This document shows positions 47,552 to 56,300 of a stretch of DNA of 64,000 nucleotides, one piece after another. The stretch's first letter is position 1. Every line of letters starts with the position of its first letter. Under the pieces are notes generated by a model. That model saw nothing but the letters and a program-made list of their open reading frames with translations, had not been told where the DNA came from and searched no databases. Made by a program: the position numbers and the translations under genes. Origin of the DNA: Acidobacteriota bacterium (lineage in GTDB: Bacteria > Acidobacteriota > Terriglobia > Terriglobales > Acidobacteriaceae); NCBI GenBank assembly GCA_041690775.1, contig JBEPVW010000001.1:7343-71342 (forward strand), read 5' to 3'.

Positions 47552-48568
47552 CTAGCCGACTCGCATTTTGAATGCGATCACGGGCTCTGTCTCGTCGTAC
47601 TCGATGCTGGAATTTGCCTCTTTGTATTTGGTCCTGGATTGAGTGGCAACCATCGCCGGAGCACAATAGACATCATTGATGATGGACATGGGCCGGCTTC
47701 GCACCTCGTCATACACGCGTCCGACATATTCGCCCAGCACACCCAGGCTGAGGAGCAGGATACATCCCACCAGGAATATTGCGGCAGACACGCCGAATCC
47801 CACGGTATAGATTGGGCTCCTTGCGAAAATAGAGCACAGGGCGAGAACTCCCGCGATGCCCATCGAGACGCAGCATAACGCGAAGGACATGCGCAGCGGC
47901 TTATAGCTGAAGCTTGTAATCGCATCCATCGCATACTTGACTCGGCTGACGAAGGACAGTTTTCCTTCACCGGCAGCGCGATCCTGGCGATCGTAGTAAA
48001 CGACGGCATTCTTGTAACCTATCCAGGCTCGCAAACCGGGCAGGTAACGATTGCCTTCGCGCAAGCCATTGATAGAGTCGACGGCTTGACGATCCAACAG
48101 GCCGAAGATGCCGGCGTTCAAGGGAATCGGATAGTCGGAGAGCGCCGCCAGAACACGATAGAAAAGAGGAAAGAGTTTCGCCAGTATTTTGCGCCGTTCC
48201 TGGCGGCTCTTTCTCACTGCGACCACCACCTGCGCGCCGTCGCGCCACGTATCGATCAGCTGCGGCAGAACTTCCGGCGGATCCTGAAAATCTCCGTCCA
48301 TCAGAATCACTGCTTCGCCGCGCGCGGTCCGCAGGCCAGCGGAGATTGCCCCCATGTGTCCCCAGTTGCGTGACAGATCAACTACCACTACATGGGAATC
48401 GACAGCTTGCAAATCCCGCAGCAGTTCCAGGGAGGAATCTTTCGACCCATCGTTCACGTATACAACTTCCCACTCTTCGCCCACGTCGCTCAAGGCGGCG
48501 GCAACAGCCTCATTAAATGGGGAAATGAGCTCCTCTTCGTTGTAGATGGGTACGACTACAGAAATCAT
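47552..48568 (-). CDS. Polyprenyl-phosphate glycosyltransferase, GT2 (DPM1/GtrB/ArnC-like)
   Basis: MISVVVPIYNEEE.., YVNDGSKDSS, VILMDGDFQDPPE (DxD region), and two C-terminal TM helices (LRMSFALCCVSMGIAGVLAL; AAIFLVGCILLLSLGVLGEY). The RBS GAGGAGG lies 4 nt upstream. Confidence 0.8.
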   Translation of the reverse strand: MISVVVPIYNEEELISPFNEAVAAALSDVGEEWEVVYVNDGSKDSSLELLRDLQAVDSHVVVVDLSRNWGHMGAISAGLRTARGEAVILMDGDFQDPPEVLPQLIDTWRDGAQVVVAVRKSRQERRKILAKLFPLFYRVLAALSDYPIPLNAGIFGLLDRQAVDSINGLREGNRYLPGLRAWIGYKNAVVYYDRQDRAAGEGKLSFVSRVKYAMDAITSFSYKPLRMSFALCCVSMGIAGVLALCSIFARSPIYTVGFGVSAAIFLVGCILLLSLGVLGEYVGRVYDEVRSRPMSIINDVYCAPAMVATQSRTKYKEANSSIEYDETEPVIAFKMRVG

Positions 48569-48975
48569 CTTGCCTCCTCGAATAATTCACTTAATTCACT
48601 AAAAAAATTCACTACAAATAAACATTTGCCACTGCGTTATTTTGATGCGCCGAACTCTGTTTTCATTTGTCTGACATGTTCAGGGAATCTTGAATCATGC
48701 CGTCGCCCATCAACTATCCCGCAGCGGGAGAAGGGGGCGACCGCTTCTCCAGTTTGAGCACGTTCAGGTGCACGATCACCTTATTGCAATTGCAAGGCCA
48801 AACTGCATTGATTTCAGAAGATGGGGATTCATCCGGCGTTCACATTGCATTCAGTAGGATGCCGAGATCTACTGATTCGTTTTATGTGCAGCGTTTTGCA
48901 TATGCAGTGGGCGAGTGGAGCAGAATTTACTCAAGGATTGGGGCACGCATGCCTTCGATTTGCGCAGGATCTGTT

Positions 48976-49476
48976 CTATTCGGGCTGTGCCTGGAAAACC
49001 CGAACTCTCCATCGCAGCTCGGCCGGGGTCATGACGACGATGTAGCGTGCGCGTACCCGCTGTGTTGTCAGGACTTTGTCCTTGCTGAGGACCTGCTCAT
49101 CGTATTCAACGTTGTCGATCAGCTGAATCGATAACCCTTCCGGCGAATAGAAAACGATCTGGAGATTGTGCGCACGATCCCGGTAACGGGTGTGAATCCC
49201 CAGCTTGGCCTGCTCGTGAACGGTATCGGCCAGTTTATCTCGTGCAGTTCCCACAAAATCCGGATCGAGCAGATCGGCACGATTTTGCTCAAGCGCTGCC
49301 CTCATACTTTGCCAGGATTGTAAATAGTCGCGAATCACCGCCGTCCCGGTCTGTTCCTGGAGCGGACGGGGCCCATGCAGGTTCGGCGGCTCCACATGGA
49401 CGGCCATCTGATCCGCCTGGAGAGCGAATGGCATAGCCAGGATCGCGAAAATGACCAGCAGGGATTTGATCGTCAT
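48976..49476 (-). CDS. Hypothetical exported protein
   Basis: ATG 49476 overlaps the upstream stop (ATGA). Signal peptide MTIKSLLVIFAILAMPFALQA. At ~140 aa mature it may be NTF2/SnoaL-like. No motif was recognised. Confidence 0.5.
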   Translation of the reverse strand: MTIKSLLVIFAILAMPFALQADQMAVHVEPPNLHGPRPLQEQTGTAVIRDYLQSWQSMRAALEQNRADLLDPDFVGTARDKLADTVHEQAKLGIHTRYRDRAHNLQIVFYSPEGLSIQLIDNVEYDEQVLSKDKVLTTQRVRARYIVVMTPAELRWRVRVFQAQPE

Positions 49477-50342
49477 TTTTGCCAATGAATCTCATTTCCC
49501 AGTACAACGCCGCTCGCCACGGATATTTTTGCTCCGTTGTTGGCGGGCATTTCCACCTGTGCAATTCCCCGTTTGAGAGGAACGTCCACCGTGGTTTGAG
49601 TGTTGTTATAGTTTTCGATGAATGTCACGATCGTACCGTCGGGCACGGCATTGCCGCTACAATCGCGTACCGGATCCGTCTTCAACTCAAGCTGCCGGCC
49701 CGACTGCTGGGCCGTCATTTTTAACCCGCATGGATCGCCCGGAACCTGCTCTATGACGCGTGTGCTGGAAACTCCATCCACTTGGGCCAGGAATTTGGCA
49801 ATGCCTTCTTTGTCGGTAGAGTCCATTTCGGTCGAGGCGACCCCATTCTGGGTGACGACTGTGCGCTTCTGCACAGGTCCGGATGGATTCGACAGCTCAA
49901 AGGAAACCGGCGTGGCCGCCGTGATCAGATTGCGATAAGCATCGAAGACGTACACGGTGCCGCTGATGCCGTTATGCCGAGCGACAGGAAGGCGGGAAGG
50001 TTTCGCAAAAAAAGCCACGTCAGCGGGCCGCTTTGCAGGCACAACATTGAATGAGCCATGGTCCGTGGAGGATGCTCCTACCAGAATGGCCAGATAATGG
50101 CCGGCATTGTAAAGGGATCCAGCGGGGAAGTACGTCGCTTGTCCGGGCTCCACATCGCGTTGCAGCGCGTGTCCTGGACCGACGATGTACAGAACTGCTT
50201 TCCCGCTCCCCGTGCTCTGAATTGAGAACGCGCTGCCGGCTTCCACGGTCGCGGGCAAGCTCATGCTCCCACTTTGCGCGCTAGCAATTTGTATGGTTGC
50301 GAGAGCCATGCCGCCAATCACAAAAGCGGACCTGAACCTCAC
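49473..50342 (-). CDS. Hypothetical exported protein with Ig-like (Big-like) beta-sandwich repeats
   Basis: The GTG start overlaps the upstream stop (GTGA). Signal MRFRSAFVIGGMALATIQIASAQ. Segments such as GISGTVYVFDAYRNLITAATPVSFELS and NAVPDGTIVTFIENYNN resemble invasin/Big_1-type domains. Confidence 0.5.
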   Translation of the reverse strand: MRFRSAFVIGGMALATIQIASAQSGSMSLPATVEAGSAFSIQSTGSGKAVLYIVGPGHALQRDVEPGQATYFPAGSLYNAGHYLAILVGASSTDHGSFNVVPAKRPADVAFFAKPSRLPVARHNGISGTVYVFDAYRNLITAATPVSFELSNPSGPVQKRTVVTQNGVASTEMDSTDKEGIAKFLAQVDGVSSTRVIEQVPGDPCGLKMTAQQSGRQLELKTDPVRDCSGNAVPDGTIVTFIENYNNTQTTVDVPLKRGIAQVEMPANNGAKISVASGVVLGNEIHWQK

Positions 50343-51490
50343 TGGAGGCCTCCGACGCTGTAGGTCGCGGTGACCGCTCGCTCGCTGCTGATTTTCTTCG
50401 CGACGTCCTCCGGAATATGAATGCTGAACGGGACCGGGATCTGGGGCAGCAGTGCGCGATCGGTATACTGGTCCGCCACCCAGACCACCTGGCCGGACTT
50501 ATCGTAAAAAGTCCCAAGAACGTGCGCGATGTTGACCACCTGGCCGCTTTGGTTCACCAGTTGTCCGGTCAGCGAAGCTCCCGGCGCAGGATTCAATTTC
50601 TGATTCTGGATTTCGATCACCGGGTCCGCCGAGGCTGAGACAAGACTCGAAAGAGGCTCCATACGGATGCTGCCGACGTCTGCCAGGGAAACGTCCGGAA
50701 AATTGATCAAATATGGCGTGACTTGTTTGGGTAGCAGAATGTGAGAAATCTTGTCGAAGCTTCCTTCGCTCGTGATCGTCGATCCGCTCTTCGACAGCAG
50801 GGTGGCCCTGACCGACACATAGGCAGGCACCACGTCCTCGTTTAGAAGTTCACCGAGGACGACCACTCCTCCCGCGCGTTGCACCGGGTGCATATCAACG
50901 ATGCGTACATGGGGAGCTTCCACGTCCTGGACACCCCAATCGTCTCCTGCCCCCCGGTAGATCACATCCCATCGCAGGTAATTCACTGCGAGGACCTGCG
51001 GCGGAACGATGGTTTGTTTCACCAGAGGCCAGTCCACACTCCAGCGATTTCCGTTCCTTACCACCCGAAGATCGCGCGTGTTGACGAAGTCGCCAACGAC
51101 AGAAGACCAATGCAGTCTCAGTCGAACCTGCGCTTCATCGGCGGACGCATGGAGAAGCCGTACATCGAAGCTTTCCAGACTCGCATAGGTCCGAAGGCTC
51201 AGCCGGTATCCCGTCAGGTCATGCACGAATTCCGATTCGGTGAATTCGGCCTTGTTGCCGAGGCTGGAATACGCATTTCCCCAGGCTTTCAGGCGAATCT
51301 CATCGCCCAGGTTCTCAACTGCCGCTTTCGGCGTGGAAGAGGGACGCAGGAAAGACTTGCCGCCAGCGTAGTTGATAGCCGTCTGAACCGGCCAGATCGT
51401 ACCGATCACAATCAATAGCACGGTTGCGACGGCGATCGAGACAGCCAGAAGACGGCCCTTGCCCTCAAGATGGTTCTCGATATTGTTCAC
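50339..51490 (-). CDS. Hypothetical membrane-anchored periplasmic protein
   Basis: The GTG start overlaps the upstream stop (GTGA). It has a single N-terminal TM (LLAVSIAVATVLLIVIGTIW) followed by ~340 aa of beta-rich sequence with no recognised motif. Confidence 0.5.
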   Translation of the reverse strand: MNNIENHLEGKGRLLAVSIAVATVLLIVIGTIWPVQTAINYAGGKSFLRPSSTPKAAVENLGDEIRLKAWGNAYSSLGNKAEFTESEFVHDLTGYRLSLRTYASLESFDVRLLHASADEAQVRLRLHWSSVVGDFVNTRDLRVVRNGNRWSVDWPLVKQTIVPPQVLAVNYLRWDVIYRGAGDDWGVQDVEAPHVRIVDMHPVQRAGGVVVLGELLNEDVVPAYVSVRATLLSKSGSTITSEGSFDKISHILLPKQVTPYLINFPDVSLADVGSIRMEPLSSLVSASADPVIEIQNQKLNPAPGASLTGQLVNQSGQVVNIAHVLGTFYDKSGQVVWVADQYTDRALLPQIPVPFSIHIPEDVAKKISSERAVTATYSVGGLQ

Positions 51491-53253
51491 GACGTCGCCC
51501 TCCCGGGCACAAGACTTTCCTGCGAGACGAAAGCATCGTCATCGCTGTCTTCGCGCCGCCTCCCGTCTGGAATGAGAACGACCAATATCGCAAGAAGGCT
51601 GCTGCCGAACGGGAATATCCCCCACATAATGCCCTGCCAGCGGGGAGGCATTTGCGGCGCATTCAACGGCATCGCCGGGGGCACTCCATCTTTGCCCCAT
51701 ACCGCGATGGTCTTGTTTTCCAGGCTATCCACCTGCCGCCAGCCGGCAAAGGTCAGCAGCGGGTCATAATAGGGGTCGCGCACGACGACCCATTTCAGTC
51801 CGTATCGGTCTGCATGGCGCAAAATTGCGCGTAGCGCATCCAGGCCGGCTTCGCCGAAATATTTTGAACTGGAAAGCGCGCCCGCGCCGTTCTTCGTCAG
51901 CTCGGGCAGCATGCGCCCGGAGTTCCACACGCCATCGACGCTGCCGGCGTCCGTTAGAACTGCCAGCCGGGAGATTTTGTCGCCAAATCCCAGGGTTACA
52001 TACCGGTACTTGTCGTGGCCATCGCGATTGAGCCATGTCGCAACCGAGTCCACCTCGATGTTTGCGCCTTCTGCCGGGCGAATCGTCACCCACGACACTG
52101 CAAATGCGCAGGTAAGAGCCGCCGCGACACCCAACCCGATAGCTGCCCGCATCCGATATCGATCGATCAGTTCCGTGGCCAGAAGTCCCACAAAAGGCAG
52201 CGCGAGCAAAGTGGCCCAATAGGTGAAGCGTTCCATGGTCAGCACTTCAAAAGCGCGGCCCAAAAGCAGATGGCCAACGGGGGTTGTCCCGCCCAGTCCA
52301 ATCAGAGCCGCCACCCAGAAGCCAAGCAGCAATGGCCGAAGCCGAACGACCCTCGACCCACGAAGCACGATGAACGGCAACGCCAGTATCATCGCTCCGT
52401 AGGGAGCTAGGAAGTAATTCAGCCCAAATATTGGACTCAGGATGTAATTCGACCGGCTGGGATGCGGAATTGGAGTCTGCGTGACGGGATAGTGAATCAG
52501 TGCAATCCAGAACGGAAGAAGCACGATTGCAATCGCAATGCTCACCACCACGACGATACTGACGGTGCGAAGGACGAAGGCCGGCGTCGAGACCCGCTCA
52601 CCATCCTGACGGTCGAGGATCACCAGCGCCAGGACGGGAACTGCAAAGAAAAACGAGCCGAATAGCAACGTCGCATGGTGTGCGGCCGCGGCGGCGGCAA
52701 ACAGAACGGCCGCTTTGAGGAACGATCGCCACTTGCCGTATCGAACCCACTCGAACAGATAGGGCAGGGCGTTTAAATAGATTGGCGCCGCGGATGTGGT
52801 GCCCAACTGTCCCGCGGAATAAACCAAAAAGCTCTCCGAGCCGAGAAAAACGCTTGCCAGGGCTGCGAACGATGCGGCGCGGGGACTCACCCAAAGCCGG
52901 GAAAACCGATAAACACCCAATACCAGCAGTAAGATAGCAGCCAGCTGCACGACCATATAGGCCATATCCAGCCCGGTGAGCCGAGAAATCACCGCTACCC
53001 ATTGTTGCGGCAACGGAGGATAGGTAGCCTGCGAAAAACCCGCATACCACTTTGGATTCCAGGGATTGAACCAATGATGAACATAGTGGGACGCGAAGAA
53101 AATATGGAAGTTTGCGTCGTACGACTTGAGCGGCAGCCTCATTAGCATCAGCGGCAGATGAACCGCTAAAGCCGCCAAGAGTATGAGGCTCATGGGTATA
53201 GGCCGCGTTAAGGGGGCGACGGCCGAATCAGGTCTATTCAAAGTGCCTCTCAA
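51487..53253 (-). CDS. Multi-pass integral membrane protein, GT-C-fold glycosyltransferase candidate
   Basis: 588 aa with ~11-13 TM helices. The first extracytoplasmic loop has the acidic/His motif KSYDANFHIFFASHYVHHW. A ~150-aa soluble domain sits between late TMs (NRDGHDKYRYVTLGFGD..YGLKWVVVRDPYYD). TTG start 53253 (ATG 53193 is an alternative). No family was firmly recognised. Confidence 0.5.
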   Translation of the reverse strand: MRGTLNRPDSAVAPLTRPIPMSLILLAALAVHLPLMLMRLPLKSYDANFHIFFASHYVHHWFNPWNPKWYAGFSQATYPPLPQQWVAVISRLTGLDMAYMVVQLAAILLLVLGVYRFSRLWVSPRAASFAALASVFLGSESFLVYSAGQLGTTSAAPIYLNALPYLFEWVRYGKWRSFLKAAVLFAAAAAAHHATLLFGSFFFAVPVLALVILDRQDGERVSTPAFVLRTVSIVVVVSIAIAIVLLPFWIALIHYPVTQTPIPHPSRSNYILSPIFGLNYFLAPYGAMILALPFIVLRGSRVVRLRPLLLGFWVAALIGLGGTTPVGHLLLGRAFEVLTMERFTYWATLLALPFVGLLATELIDRYRMRAAIGLGVAAALTCAFAVSWVTIRPAEGANIEVDSVATWLNRDGHDKYRYVTLGFGDKISRLAVLTDAGSVDGVWNSGRMLPELTKNGAGALSSSKYFGEAGLDALRAILRHADRYGLKWVVVRDPYYDPLLTFAGWRQVDSLENKTIAVWGKDGVPPAMPLNAPQMPPRWQGIMWGIFPFGSSLLAILVVLIPDGRRREDSDDDAFVSQESLVPGRATS

Positions 53254-53373
53254 AGGTCGTTAGATACAAGGTCACCGAAGCCGGTTGCTTTATAGTAAGT
53301 GCTGTCGTATGGCATCATCAACACTGAGCCAACGCTGTAAGCGATTCCAGAATCTTAGCTATTTAGACCTCGA

Positions 53374-56300
53374 TTGTACGCCGGTGACCTATTGATTGCT
53401 ACGCATGGATTTCTGAAGACTGCCTGTGTGTCCATGCTGGTTGTCGCGCTTGCCTACTCTCTTCAGGCGCAGACCTATCAGGTCGCGCCGGATTCTTCCG
53501 CAAAGCCTCCGACCCAGGCTGGTAAAAAGACCGGGAAAAAGCCTCCGGCCCCAACGGGCAAACAGTCCGGTAAACAGTCCGGTAACCCGGCGGCTTCCGG
53601 CCAATCGCTGGGCTTTGGATCAAATATTCAAAACGCGCGTCTCGGTCGCGCCGCGGAATTAGCACTGCAGCACGGTGATCGCGCGCAGGCGCTTAGCTAT
53701 GCGCAACGGGCCGCGGAAGCTGCCCCCAATGATCCCCGGCTCTGGTTCCTGGTTGGCTATGCAGCGCGGCTCAACGGCAGGTACCCGCTATCGATCGACG
53801 CCTACAATCGAGGCCTTCGCCTGAGCCCGTCCGCGGTGGAAGGACTTTCCGGCCTTGCCCAGACCTATAGTTTGACGGGCCGAACCGACGAGGCCGAAGG
53901 TCTCCTCAAGCAGGTGATTTCGTCGAACCCAAAGCGCAGCAGCGATGCGTTGCTCCTCGGAAACCTATACATGAAATCGGGGAACTATACCGAGGCGCTC
54001 AACTGGCTCAGCAGAGCGGAACGAATACGACCCGACGCTCGTTCGGAGTTGCTGCTGGCGATCTCTTATCAACGCCTGAAGCGGATGGATATGGCAAGCC
54101 GCTATCTCGAGATGGCCCGGCGGCGCGCGCCGAACAACCCCGACGTCCAGAGATCGCTGGCAGGCTACTACCGGGAGATTGGAAACTATCCGGCGGCAAT
54201 TGCCGCGCTTAAATCAATCCGCAACCCGAGACCGGATGTAAAGGCTGAACTTGCCTATACTTACCAGCTCGACGGTAAGCTGGATGAAACCGCCCGGCTT
54301 TACGCCCAAGCAGCCAATGCCGCACCCAGAAATCTCAGCTTGCAGCTTTCCGCAGCGCAGGCCGCAGTGGCGGTCGGATCGTTCGACCACGCGAATTCGT
54401 TTCTCCAGCGTGCCGCAGGGCTCAACGCCAACTATTATCGGCTGCACGCAATCCGCGGACAGATTGCGCACCTTCAAGAACATGATAGCGATGCCGTTCA
54501 GGAATACACCGCCGCCCTGTCTCATCTGCCTGCAAGTCCAGCCGAGGGACCGCTGTACGGCATTCAAATCCACATGGACCTCATGAGCCTTTATCGCAAT
54601 TTGGGCAACGAAGACGCTTCCCGCCAGCAACTCCAGACAGCACAGACAGAAATCGGCGCGCTCGACGAGCAGGGGCCCGGCAGAACACCGTTTCTGCGTC
54701 TGAGGGCCCTGATCAAAATGAATCTGGGCAACCTCGACAGTGCGCTCAAGGATATGAACGAAGCGCTCGCGCTAAGTCCGCACGACCCCAACAGTCTGCA
54801 ACTCGACGGCGATCTGTTGATGAAATTCGGACGTACGGAAGATGCGATCGCGGTTTACAAGCGGGTCCTCGCAATTGATTCGCGAAATCGATTTGCGCTG
54901 ACTTCGCTCGGATACGCATCCCGCGCCGTGGGTCGTGACCAGGATGCGAGGAGGTATTTCGAGCGATTGGCAAAAAATTATCCGACGTTATATGTGCCAT
55001 ATCTCGCGCTGGGGGACATGTACGCTGCCCACCGCGACTTCGCAAAAGCAGAGGCTTCCTATACAAAGGCTTACAAACTGGCCCCTCGGAACACCTTGAT
55101 TGTGGCCGGAGCGATGAATGCCGCAATTGAGGCGCAGAAGTTGGACCTCGCGGCTGTCTGGTTGAGCCGCGCCACGGCCAAAATGCAGCAGGAACCGCAA
55201 ATGCTTGCACAAAGAGAGAGATTCCTGCGCCTCAAGGGGGAATATCTGCAATCCGCCGAAGTTGGCCGGGAAGCCATCAAGGTGCTGCCGCAAAACAGGG
55301 ATGTCGTTGTTTATCTAGGCTATGACCTGCTCCAACTGGAGAAATATGACGAATTGCAGCAGTTGACCTCGAAATACGACAAGGCTTTCCCGAAAGACTC
55401 TGATATTCCACTTTTGGCCGGTTACGTGCATAAGCATAGCGGTGAGCTGGATAAGGCGCTCCAGGACTTTACTGAGGCACTGAAGCGCAACCCCGATGTA
55501 GTTACGGCGCACGTGAACCGCGGATATGTCTTGAATGACCTTCACCAACCCGAGGCAGCAGCAGCCGACTTCGAAGCCGCCCTGAAGCGGGAGCCGAAGA
55601 ATGGCCAGGCGCATCTGGGACTGGCATACGCGGACCTAAATCTGAATCGGCTGCAGGCAGCCGTACGCCAATCGCAATTGGCGGAACGGGACAGCGGCGA
55701 CTCGGAATTCGTACATCTGATTCGCGCGACCGCTTACGGGCGAGAGGGTCTGCTGACGAAAGAGATCGCGGAGTATCGCGCCGCCTTGAAATTCGCTCCC
55801 AACGATGGAGCGCTCTACCTTGGGCTCGGGAACGCGTTATTTTCCGGGCGACGCTATCGCGAAGCGGTGGACGCGCTGCAGATGGCCGTAAAACTCTCTC
55901 CCGACAATGCCGCCGTTTACGCTTTGCTCGCACGCGCCTATGCAAACCTGGGAGACCGGGGGCAAACACTGCACTATGTTCAGTTGGCAGAGCAGTCTGC
56001 CCAAATGACGCCCGCAGATAAAGCCAACACAGCCGCGGGACTCAGCGAAGTATATATCGCGACTGGGGAAGCCCTGAGCACGCTCGGAGACCAGAAAGCG
56101 GCGATGGAGCGCTTCGGAAAAGCGCTTACAGCGCCGGACAGCAACCGCATCAGCGTGCGGCTTGCCATCGCTCACCTGATGGCGCAGCAGGAGAATTACG
56201 ACGGCGCGCAGCGTCAGATTGCGCTGGCCCTGATGGAAGGCGAGGCAGGAGAAACGGCACCTCCGACCGGAAGCCAATACATTCAGGCAGCAGACATATT

